Assembly (NCBI GenBank): GCA_002633005.1
Contig: NMRA01000337.1
Coordinates: 1-64,000 of the forward strand
Reading direction: 5' to 3'
Length of the DNA: 64,000 nt
Source of the DNA: Phoronis australis
Taxonomy: Eukaryota > Animalia > Phoronida
A program made the translations under genes and the position numbers. This document shows, in pieces, positions 53,415 to 64,000 of this stretch. Under the pieces are notes generated by a model. It searched no databases. It saw nothing but the letters and a program-made list of their open reading frames with translations, and was not told where the DNA came from. How positions within the stretch are numbered: position 1 is the stretch's first letter; each line of letters opens with the position of its first letter.

Positions 53415-54520
53415 TAATATGAGTAATAGAAAGTTACCTATTGCTGTTGTGAAGATTTTTTTTGAAACCACTTAGCTTTCGGTCTCATCTCGAGACTTGG
53501 TTGGGTGTTATGGCGGGTAACTGGAGCCTCGCCTGTTTCTGTTACGTCACCATTGTCATGTGTTATGAGATGTGACCTATGTCGGATCGTCTGAGGGAAT
53601 AAATTCTAGTAGATGGTGGATTTCTACCGCTTCACGTCCTCCAGCAGTATTTGTTCTCCCTCACTAAGACGGTAGCATTATCCGATGAGATGTTGCGAGA
53701 TGTCTGAAAACACTGTTCACCAATCGCTGACACTTAGCTGGTCGATGTACTCAGGTGTTCCTTAATCCTAGTGCCAGGTTGCATGAAACAGTTCCAAATA
53801 GGGACTCAACTAAGTTCCCTAAATCTACTGCATATTTTTGGACTTTTGAAAGCATTGATTGCCCTTTCTTGTATTGTTTTAGTTTCATTACTAAGTCAAC
53901 TTTTGACTTTGATGCAAATCGAGAGTGAAGTCTATATTGAATTTTCAGCTTTATCGAAAATAATCAGGGATCTTTTCATGCAACACTACCAATTTAAGGG
54001 TTGAGTCCCTACTTATTTTCAAAGAATTCTGGGCTCAATTTTTAGTTATATTATTAGAAAATGTCATTAATTAAAGAGGAGCTCGCAATGAAGGTGAAAT
54101 GATGGAAAAATATTGCAAAAAGACTTGGGGACCTTAGTTGCAACCGGCCACTGGCCCCTAGCAGTCTCACCCACATAACTTGCACTGCAGTCAGGGCAGT
54201 CGATGTTCTAAACAACACCGCATTTTCCGCATGAACCAGCAGACTCCTCAGGATGTTAAACAGTTTGTGGTAAGTAGCAACTTGATGTTCATGGAAAATT
54301 TTGTTCAATTCCTTAAACACACCATGTACATAACGTACAGTGACGTTAGACTTGTACTCAGACTGCCTATGATGTGGATACAACTCGTTTTCAAAAATCC
54401 ACTTAATGTAATCGACCCTGAGAACACTGTTGACACATTCACGTTCTTTACGTTGATCTTCAGGTTGGGTGACAAGGTTGTTAGCTCGTTGTACAAGAGT
54501 ACATGCCACTAAACTCATGG
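53415..54520 (-). mobile_element. Penelope-like element, 3' part (RT thumb, GIY-YIG remnants, pLTR), inverted copy
   Basis: VTVRYVHGV..ELNKIF...YHK..N.LRSLLVH in ORF 54054..54611; 53420-53600 is the reverse complement of 57130-57320. Confidence 0.8.
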
Positions 54521-55124
54521 TTAGACTGAAAAGTTTGACTGTAAGTCCGTGTGCGCTGATTTTCGGTACACTGTCAACTTGGTGCCACCTTCTTTCAGAA
54601 TGTTTATACAAGTATCCAAAATAGGTAGAGAATCATTGGAGGTGCGTTACCGTTATGTTGACACTTTTGTCCTGTTCCAAGAATACCACGTGGAACAATT
54701 CCTGAATCACATTAAGAGCATTAATCACAACATTCAGTTCACTATTGAATGCATCTTCAATGATTCTCTACCGTTCTTGGATACTTGTATACACATTCTG
54801 GATAATGGCGGCACGAAGTTGACAGTATACCATAAACTGATGCATACGAACTTGTACCTAAACTTTCAGTCAATCAGGTTAATGGTATGACTCTTAAGAG
54901 ACGACAACCTAGTCAACCAACCTGAAGATCAGCGTGAAGAGTGTGCATTAGTCAAGAGTTTTTCCCGAGGACAATGATTACAAGCAGTGGACTTTTGACA
55001 GCAGCCATGAACCACGTGGACAGTCTGAGTACAAGACTCACGCCACCATACCCTATGATGTTTTTGAGAAACTGACCGAAATTTTCCAGGAACACCAAGT
55101 TGCTACTTACCACATAATGTTTAA

Positions 55125-56792
55125 AGGAGAATGCCACCCCAAAAACAACCTATTTTGTATCAATTTAGATCGAGTAGTTCTACACAATAATAGCAGGTTT
55201 GGTTGCGTTGCCTGACACCTGACGGCAGACGGAGGTGTTGAAATTATCCAATGACATAATTGGTTTCACACGCAGTCTGCTCAGCAGTTCACAACACGGG
55301 TTAATAGTGTCAGCTTATCGTTTGAATTCATCGTTTAACATCAATAAATCATCAAACTTTGATGTAAAGCCCTTAAAAATACACCGAGTTCTTATAAAAA
55401 CGTGTTGTTTTATTTTGCTGTTAAGGATTCATTGATATTTGGACACACCATAGCCTACAAAGTTTGGCAGGCCAAATTACCAGGGTTCGCAGCAGGAGTT
55501 TGAGGTCTGTTCGGAGATAAATTCGAAGTATTCTTACGTGAAATATAGACAGGAGAATCTAGATCTGTGTTGTTTATACTTGTGATTTTTTGAGCTCTTA
55601 ACACACAAACGAGTGTTATCCCGGTCAGTGGCTCGAAACCCGATCAGGCCCGTTGCGGCCGCCGGGACTGGCACAAACATAAACCAGCTTGAGTTGGAAA
55701 CTAAACCTCCAGTCACGAAAAGACTATAGTAGTGAGCCAAAGAAATAACCTGCACGTAATTATTTAATGTGAATTGGCCACGAAACTGAAAATCTCCTTA
55801 CTTGTCGGGAGCCGAGAAATCAGCCCCTTCCACAGACCGTTGGGGCAAAGGTTGTACGGTAACAATGATTTGAATAATGTATTTGTATTTCTAAATAAAG
55901 ATTCCCCTAACATGTGACAATAGCATATAAAATCAAGTAATTGTTTCACAACAGCTTTCTGTCAGCAAACACTGAATTAGCATGCGCTCACACGGCCTCG
56001 GTGCCCGGTCAGTTATCTTTGTTGCCGGCATCAAAAGCCGGTAACGCAGTGGTTTATTCATTGCTGGCTTCTCAAAGCATTAGCACTCACGAGCACTCCA
56101 AGGCATTACAAACTGTATCTATTGAGACTTTGTTTCAGTTTCATATAAGCATTGATTAGGACCATTTTAGGGTGAGAATAATTCATTTTGAAACAGAACG
56201 CAGAATACTAAAAGTCTACCTGGCAACTCGACTGGCGCCAATCCCGACTTAGTCAAGAGCTCATCCGACGAAGACTTCACGGGTTGGATCGTTACGTTTC
56301 ACAGGCTATAAGTTCGAACCGGAATACACTGATCAAGAAATACTAGAGAGGCACCGTGAATATGCATAGGCAACGTAACGTATGGATAGTTCTTTGGTAA
56401 GCTGGAATTCGTCAGACAAATCACTGTCGACGAGATGCCGGCCACAGACACAGAGATGTTTCACGGCCTCATACTAGCTATTAACAACATACCTTTCATT
56501 CTCCACTACCGCAAGCCACTTCCTAAGCATTTCGAGCTCCCGAGGAAGTTGAAAAAACGATATATCCGCTTTCTTCGCAGCTTCATAGTTCGGACAAGGG
56601 GGAACAATGCACAGCAACATAGCAGCATTAACTCTGCAGATGAACCACTGACGTCGCTGCGTCGTTTCTCACCTTCCTCACAGGTTAACGCAACACCTCT
56701 CGGCAAGGTGAGGTCGACCGTATAAGAGGCGATGTGGATAGAGACCGATTAAGATGGTAAAAAAGACTAATTAAATCGGGTGGCATTCTCCT
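55125..56792. mobile_element. Kolobok-like element with convergent THAP and KolX-like remnants
   Basis: Perfect 15-bp TIR AGGAGAATGCCACCC, TTAA TSD; minus 56620-56493 encodes MLLCIVPPCPN...SFFQLPRELEMLRKWL (THAP); plus about 56300 encodes GYKFEPEY. Confidence 0.85.
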
Positions 56793-57230
56793 TTAACACC
56801 CTGAGGAGTCTACTGCTTCATCCTAAGGACAAGTCTGAGGAGTGCTGAAAATGCAGTGTTATTTACAACATTCACTGCCCTGACTGCAGTGCAAGTTATG
56901 TGGGTGAGATTGCTAGGAACCTTGGCACTAGGATTAAGGAACATCTGAGTACATCGACCAGGTAAGTGTCAGCGATTGGTGATCTGTGTTTTCAGACATC
57001 TCCCAACATCTCGTCGGATAATGCTACCGTCTTGGTGAGGGAGAACAAATACTACTGGTGGAAGATACAAGAAGAGGTAAAAATCCACTGGCACGCTCCA
57101 TCATTCAATCAAGACTCGGGCTACAATCTTCCTGCCATTCCCTCAGATATGACAGAGGTCACATCTCATGACACATGACAATGATGACGTAACAAACAGA
57201 CACGGGCGACGCTCCAGTTACCCGCCATTA

Positions 57231-57269
57231 CACCCGACGAAAGTCTTGAGATGAGACCGAAAGCTAGTG
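57231..57269 (+). ncRNA. Minimal type I hammerhead ribozyme (core variant) in the Penelope pLTR
   Basis: CAC-CCGACGA-A-AGTCTT gagat GAGACC-GAAA-GCTA-GTG; palindromic AGCU stem III; U-to-C change in the core. Confidence 0.65.
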
Positions 57270-58163
57270 GTTTGAAAAAACTTCATGAATCCAGCAGGTA
57301 ACTATTTATCACTCATATTCTAATGGAGTCAGTGACATGAACATTCATTCTACCAACAAATAAAGTGCCTTATAATTTTCATGTTATATACTGTTACAGT
57401 AACTATCATAAAGCAAAAGAAATCACAACAGAGTATTTGAGCAATGAAATAAGATGAATTTGAGCAAGTACTATTGTTTGAAATGAGCTTTTACACATTA
57501 CAAGCAAAAATCAGCACAATCCAATTTTAACATTTTTGGTCACATTACAAAAAAAATAATAAGCAAATTAAAACAGCTGGAAATAGCTGATGAAGATTTG
57601 CCATGTAACTAAACCATAAATAAATGAATGAACAAGTATTTATTTAAGGGGACAATACTGGCAAGAAAAGTAATTTTCTAAGATTAGCCTCAGTATGGAA
57701 TCATACTTGGATAGTTGCAGTCTAATGCTTGGGTAACAGAAGTAAATCGCAGTCAACAAATGGCTAACATTTAAGTTTATTTAACTTCAGACTATGGCGA
57801 AATTGGGGATTTGTAACAAAATCACAACACATCAGATTTTGTTATTTTGTCTGGTCAAAGCTAATAATTACAAAAAATCTATCCCATCCATCAAAAATCC
57901 CAAAAATGTGTTTTAGGCTGTAAAACTGATATTGTCCATTTAAAATATTGTACCCATCCTAGACAAGGCATACAAGTTAGTTAATACCGTGAAAAGCTAA
58001 AAAAGAAATGAAACTAATTGACGAGAGAATAGCTAATTAAGTAAGAGTAGAAAACAAGTTCAATTTCTCGTGTGAGAAGGCATCCCTTAAAATATTTAGC
58101 AAAGAGCATATGGTTGTTTTGTAAGAAAACGACTTTCTCAAACTGCTCTGAGGTGCTGGTGTG

Positions 58164-58546
58164 TTACAACTATTATTAAAATCTCTTGGTCTATTTACAC
58201 CGACCTCTTGTCTATTTACGCTGTCACAACGCTTCGGTCAGTCTATTCACCGGCCATCATCAGGTGTTCCCGCATTCTTAGAAGAACAAGCACAGATATG
58301 TGGTACACTCATGGTGTGATATTTTTGTCCGAGGCAGGATTCTGTAGTTTCAGAAGTCGTGGGTTCAAATCCTAGCTCGGACAAAAAAAATCACACCATG
58401 AGAGTACCACATATCCGTGCTCGTTCTTCTAAGAATGCAAGAACACCTGACGATGGCCGGAGAATAGACCAACCAAAACATCGTGACACTGTAAATAGAC
58501 AAGAGATCGGTGTAAATAGACCACGAGATTTTAATAACAGTTGTAA
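58164..58546. mobile_element. Head-to-head inverted duplication of a tRNA-box plus hammerhead unit (Penelope-associated small element)
   Basis: Arms 58164-58341 and 58368-58546; GGTTCAAATCC B box at the centre; hammerhead cores at 58263-58257 (minus) and 58447-58453 (plus). Confidence 0.75.
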
Positions 58547-58673
58547 GAAAACATGAAACAATGATTTCGAATTAATGCAGTCTCCTCTGGTGGGCTATCA
58601 GTAAATAAAAAGCATCAAGCATCACCATACAAATAAGACAGATAGATGGAGATGATGCCATGATAAATGTGTG

Positions 58674-58717
58674 CATGTGCGTGTGTGTGTGTCTGTGTGT
58701 GTGTGTGTGTGTGTGTG
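58674..58717. repeat. (GT)n microsatellite
   Basis: Directly visible. Confidence 0.95.
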
Positions 58718-59030
58718 TACGTGGGTACATAAAAATTATCCGTAGCTGATATACAAATATGTTCAAAAGTCATCCTCATACATCGTCACATGCATAGCAA
58801 TATATCTGATAAATTTCACAAAAAGATCTTGCAAAGGGTTTAGAACAGACAGTTGGACCATCCACCAGAGGTGACAGCATTGTGTTGCAGACTGTCCACC
58901 AGAGGTAACTGCATTGCGGACCTACATTTACTATTTGGGCACATAAACCTACTTCACGTTAAGCAGAGATGGCCACCAAAGTCACTTGGCACAGACAAAA
59001 TGATCAAGTGAAATTCCAAATTTTACTTAC

Positions 59031-59129
59031 CTGCACACTTGTGCCTGCTGGTCTATCATTCATCTCTTTCTTAAGAAAACAAGCAAATGCCGTAGTCGGT
59101 CTTTTGGGTTTGCCAAGTCGACGCATCAA
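59031..59129 (-). CDS. TFAM: TFAM exon 5 (LMRRLGKPKRPTTAFACFLKKEMNDRPAGTSVQ), start of HMG box 2
   Basis: 99 nt, ttcaAG / GTaagt boundaries; LGKPKRP..AF motif characteristic of TFAM box 2. Confidence 0.92.
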
Positions 59130-60216
59130 CTTGAAATATAAAGAATATTACTTCTCACCACAATTGACTCATACACCAGCCTTTGACCAAATGATGGATG
59201 CCACTATCAAAAACAAGTTGAAACAAGACTAACAATGACAATTCCATGTAAAGTTTTACCAGACACATATAGCGAAATCTCATGAATTTCAGACTAAAAT
59301 AATTACAAAACTCATCATTTTTCAAAGGTTTCTGATGTCGCGAATCCCTATAATTCCATAAAACATTGTCTGATGGTAGGCAGTGTATAGGTAATGTAGG
59401 ATGCTAGAAAAATGTCTAATTTGGCCAACTTTGGAATACTGTATCTCAAAAATGGCTGGTTGGATTCGCAATGAAACTTTCACAAACTAAGTTTTATATA
59501 CTGCTCTTCAAAATGCTTTTGGAAATTGTTTTTAAAATGTTCCACTTGTATATGAGGCGTTATTAAAACAGGTCTTACATGATTTTGATGAAAACATTTT
59601 AGAGTTGCATAAAACGAAAACCAAATGATAATTTAGAAGCATTTTTTTGCGATTTTATCTTGACCATCTATAGCATACCAATTTCAGACATGTAATTTAT
59701 CCTATTGTTTTGCAATGAATGTACTTTTCTTTTTTTGGTAAATTTTTCTAAAAAAGCAAGGTCATGTGACCTAATTAGTGGCAGATTGATATGAAGTCAA
59801 AAATCAAAATTCCACAAAATTTCTTCTTTCAGAAAATTTATACCTTAATTGCTGAGTTAAATTCTATAATGTGTAGATACTTGGCTAAATGTACAGGACA
59901 CAAGACACAGGTACATGTTGTACTGCAGTCATATTAGAATGAAAACTACTGCAACAACACTAAAAATTGATGAATTTTTTAATAAAGAGTACGAGGAGTC
60001 AGATGGGCAAGTTCTAATATTCACTTGACACAGCAGCCTAAAAGTGTTTGTGGCAGCACTTGAGATTCGTAGACTCTTGAAATTGAAAAAATTGTACTGA
60101 AATTACAGTGACACATGGCAGACAAAGACACTTTGTGGCTGCCTAAAGTATTGCTCACAGGTGTCTTTGAAAAGCAAGTTTCTGGAAACTGACATGAGTA
60201 GTGATCTCACACGGAA

Positions 60217-60900
60217 TTTTTCTGCACCGACAAAAAATTTTTGTGGTCATATATAGTCAGCATCCCGTCCACCCATTCGTCTGTCTGTCGATCGGTGCAC
60301 CTGTCATCATTTCTTGTCCATCAATTATCTCATGAACTGCTTGGCGGCTCATGATGAAATTTGGTACAGAGGAACTTGGCTAGGATGCGCCAGCACCAGT
60401 TGATTTTCGAACAGATTTGGCTACTGTGGTATCCCATGTTGGACATTTTAGTTTTCGACAAGCCATTCCTTCTGCGTCCATTATCCCAACAACTGCTTGA
60501 CGGATAACAATGAAATTTGGAACAGAGGTACATGACGAGAATGTGCCGGCACCAGTCAATTTTGGGATGGATTCAACTACTATGGAGCCCCCTGTTAGTT
60601 TTCGACTGCTCATTGTTTGTCCATTGATCACCTTGAAACTGCTTAAGGGATCATGATAAGAATTGGCATAGAGAAGATGGCTTGTATGCGCCAGTTGATT
60701 TTCGGACAGATTTGGTTACTGTAGCACCCCCTGCTGGCCCTTTTAGTTTTTGAAGACAGGCAGGTTATTTCAAAATTGCTAGAAGGCACACAATGACACA
60801 ATGATATATGGCAAGGATGGATGCACTGACAGAAGTCCGGTTTCATTTTGATTCGACTACCCTCTTGGATGCTTTAGTTTTTGACAACATTCGACAAGTT
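60217..60900 (+). mobile_element. Divergent Helentron-like element in the opposite orientation, with about 4 tandem units (copy 4)
   Basis: TTTTT start, hairpin ACCGACAAAAA/TTTTTGTGGT, GTCT/GTCC microsatellite, repeated ATGAAATTTGG and TTGATTTTCG units about 145 bp apart. Confidence 0.65.
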
Positions 60901-61228
60901 CTTGTTCGTCGATCATCTAAGTACTTAACAGATCATCCATGAGGCAATTTCTTGAAGGAGTTTTGAAATAACAAGCACCCCTACAACTGCCATTGACAAT
61001 GCTCATGAAGGGCGCATACCAACATTAACTGAAATTCACAGGAAAGCATGTACAAATTTTTTCCTCATCTGAGGAGCTAATGTTGTGTCTGCTAGACCAT
61101 TGTGGGCTCGCGAAACACTGAAGACCGAAAAAATCTTAGAGAATAGAACCTAGTAATTACCATGAACAATTCCAGCATAATTTAAAAATACTATGGGTGG
61201 TTGCATTTTATATTTCAACCTAGTAATT

Positions 61229-62142
61229 AACAAGAGCAACGCAGAGCGTTGAAATGGGCCCACGAATGCATTGCAAATGGTGAGTTTTTAGGGTTATTTA
61301 TTTGTATCATAAAAATAGCCACTAGATGGTGCAAAAACATACAATCCATCCAAAACCAGGAACATGCCATATTTCACAAAAATCTGTCAAGGAACTTCAG
61401 AGAAACAAAGGAAAACAGAATAAAATGAAATTTGCCACTAGTGGGCACAGTGTCAATTGGATCCAACTTTGAAGATACTGAGTTAAACGTAAGAAACTAA
61501 AATTGTCACTAGGGGGCACAGCAGTAGTCAGATCTATCCGAAAGTCATCGTCATCTGTAGTCAACATCATATAAATACACTTCCTAAATTAAGTAAAGAT
61601 CCTGCAAACGGTTTAGGAGATGCAGTCCTAGACGCAACAAAAACAAAACTGCCACTAGGAGGCGCCACAGTAGTCGAAATCGTCGGAAAATCGTCAACCG
61701 TCCTCTTTATAGTAAGCAAATACATGCCAATTTTCACAATCATCCTTTGAGCAGTATGGTTGATAGAGGGGTGGACGCAAAAAACAGACTCGAAAACAGT
61801 AAAAATGGCCACTAGGTGGCGTAAACTACGTCAAATCCATCCGAAAACGAGAGGATAGTGTCATCTCACTAATAGGTGCCTACACAGCAAATTTCATGAA
61901 AATCCATTCAAAACTTTTGAAGATATAAGGTAAGCGTAAAAAACTAAAATTGCCACTAGGGGGCACACCGGTAGTCGGATCTGTTCGAAAGTTCGCTCAT
62001 GCCGTCCCATTCATCAATAGAACATATGTGCCAAATTTCATGAACGTATGTCAAAGGGTTTGGAGATAGAGCAGCGGATGCCGGACGGACGCCGCCCGGA
62101 CGGAGATGACGGCATAATGCGTCCACATGTGGGCGCATAAAA
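61229..62142 (-). mobile_element. Helentron/DINE-1-like element with a 6-motif array (copy 3), in TFAM intron 4
   Basis: Same termini as 48754-50514 (AACAAGAGCAACGCAGAGCGTT ... GTCCACATGTGGGCGCATAAAA) with fewer units. Confidence 0.85.
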
Positions 62143-62293
62143 TTTTAGGGGTGTGGGTTGGAGAAATAAAAGAAAAATATGGGCGGTGAGTAAAATATGA
62201 AAGTGCCTTCCCTCTCCTATACTTTTTTGCTGGAACAGCCCTGAAGTAGACAGAATCTCTTGAACAGAATAAAACCATCATGCAGAAACTCAC

Positions 62294-62443
62294 CATTGAC
62301 TTCTTCTTCATTTCTTTTTTATGTTTTTTCTCTTCCACCATATTTTTGTATTCTTCCTTTTCTTCAGCAGTCATGGAATCTTCAAACATTTTTTTTTCTT
62401 CCACATACCTTTTGCGATTCTCTTGTGATTTCTCAAAGAAAGC
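62294..62443 (-). CDS. TFAM: TFAM exon 4 (AFFEKSQENRKRYVEEKKMFEDSMTAEEK...KKKSM), end of HMG box 1 plus linker
   Basis: 150 nt, ttacAG / GTgagt boundaries, phase 0, basic linker helix. Confidence 0.9.
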
Positions 62444-63651
62444 CTGTAAAAACGATGAAAACAAGCATTTGTAACTAAATGACCAAAATTTTCCCTACCA
62501 CTGCAGAATGCACGGATATTGAAAACAACATCAAGGTCTGACATTCGTGAATACTGTCCTCTGCTTTGAGCTAATGTGCCATGGGAGACAATGATAGCTA
62601 TGAACAAACAGCCCAGACAACAGTGACAGTAAAGGAGTGCTAAAAGTGGACCTATCTGACCGATAAACAATGTTTACAATAATTTCTCTATTCATTCAGA
62701 CATAAAGTCTAATAAATCTAACAGACCCTTGAAATGGTAGAAAACCGAAAGATAATTTGGAGATGGGGTATTGTCAGAAACAATAATTTGCACCCATGGA
62801 AATAATCTAACAGCATGTACAACTGGTGTTTTTTTCAGTTAGGAATTTAAGGCACATTTGCAGTGTGTCCTCCGACCAGTTAGCCATGCAGAACGAAACC
62901 TATAAATGAAACTAGAGAGCATACACATACGTTTGCAGCCAACAAGTGGCAAGCAAAAATTATTCCACAATTCTCTAACTGTAAAAAAGCCTGTGAAGTA
63001 CAGATGCAACAAAATTATATATCAAGACTTCCGGAAAAACTTACTAAACTTTTTGTCACGTCTATTGTACAGTTGTAGAATAGACCATTTCTTTCTACAG
63101 AGGAATTAAAAAGTGGTCTTGAGCCAAGAATCTGATAATTACTAGCAAAACATCAACCACCAGAACATGAAACTGCCATCGACTGCCAAAAAAACTTTGC
63201 TGATGAGTGATTTTTAAAATGTTTTTTCACAAAGTCGTTTGAATCCTTGCCATAGTCAATGTTGACAAAAAATTAATTAAAGAAAAATTTGTTGGACTAG
63301 GACATAATATGTTGGAGAAGTGAAATTCTATCTTTCATGAAATAAAAGTTGCAACAATTAAATGCTATGCCGTACTTATAATTTGAGTCTTGAGAAATTG
63401 GAAGAATTCATGTAAGAAGCCTCTGATATAAAGATTGGCAATTAATTTTGTCTGAAACAGGCAAAATTTTACCGTTGGTGTTTTGAGGCTGCTGTTAATT
63501 CGATGAAAAATGTTTTCAGACCTAATTCCTTGACTGGTGGTGTAGTCATTTGCCGTGAGGTGCTAGAATGTGTACCTACCAAAGTTGGTAAATAATGAAC
63601 AGAGTTTAAAAAAGTTTGTTAACTACCAACTTCACAAAAGCATTACCATAC

Positions 63652-63722
63652 CTGTTTTTCTAGAGGCGGAAGAATTTTCCATTTTTGACCAGCGAGTTTC
63701 ATGATTCCAACAGCCTTAATGC
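63652..63722 (-). CDS. TFAM: Mitochondrial transcription factor A, exon 3 (IKAVGIMKLAGQKWKILPPLEKQ), HMG box 1
   Basis: 71 nt, ttgtAG / GTatgg boundaries, HMG helix 2-3 pattern; earlier exons are outside the window. Confidence 0.85.
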
Positions 63723-63945
63723 CTACAACAAATGCATTGAACCAGGAAATAAATACACGGCACTGGAAACTTAATGCAGTATTCTAAGAAATCAAACCTA
63801 CACTAAATAAAAATTAGAAAAATAATATGATGGAAGGTGGTGCCTTGGTTACAGGCAAAAACCAACAATTAGTGTTAAAAACTCTGACCATTTTCACGAT
63901 GACTGAAAGTTCGGTATTTTGAATATAACGTTACAGAACAACTAG

Positions 63946-63990
63946 TAAAATAAAATAAAATAAAATAAAATAAAATAAAATAAAATAAAA
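63946..63990. repeat. (TAAAA)n microsatellite
   Basis: Directly visible. Confidence 0.95.
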
Positions 63991-64000
63991 AAGGTCACTA

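Larger units (their letters stand above)
54600..57330 (+). mobile_element. Penelope-like retroelement (RT plus GIY-YIG plus pLTR), decayed and split by a Kolobok insertion
   Basis: RYRYVDTF, FLNHI.SI..NIQFTIE, LPFLD, TVYHK..HTN.YLNF; after the insert LRSLLLHPKDK, VIYNIHCPDCSASYVGE...RIKEH. Confidence 0.88.

Overview
AT-rich, repeat-dense animal genomic DNA, probably a marine bilaterian invertebrate (inference), with single-N scaffold gaps at 5525, about 30400 and 37546. Two intron-rich host genes lie on the minus strand and were reconstructed by hand from GT-AG bounded exons. One is an ABCC/MRP1-type ABC transporter (coding exons 1-7, 39389 to 735, continuing off the window start), whose 62-nt exon 6 appears twice. 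The other is TFAM (exons 3-7, 63722 to 48316; the first exons lie beyond the window end). Introns and the intergenic gap are filled with nested mobile elements: Mag-type Gypsy LTR retrotransposons, TTAA-targeting Kolobok-like elements with THAP remnants, hAT, pogo/Tc1-like and EnSpm-like non-autonomous elements, an inverted Penelope pair with hammerhead ribozymes, and a tRNA-SINE. Two observations stand out. (1) Helentron/DINE-1-type non-autonomous elements carry an internal ~148-bp satellite with a CTCF-like motif in nearly every monomer. (2) A small tRNA-B-box plus minimal-hammerhead unit is duplicated head-to-head in a TFAM intron. All calls are by eye; no searches were run.
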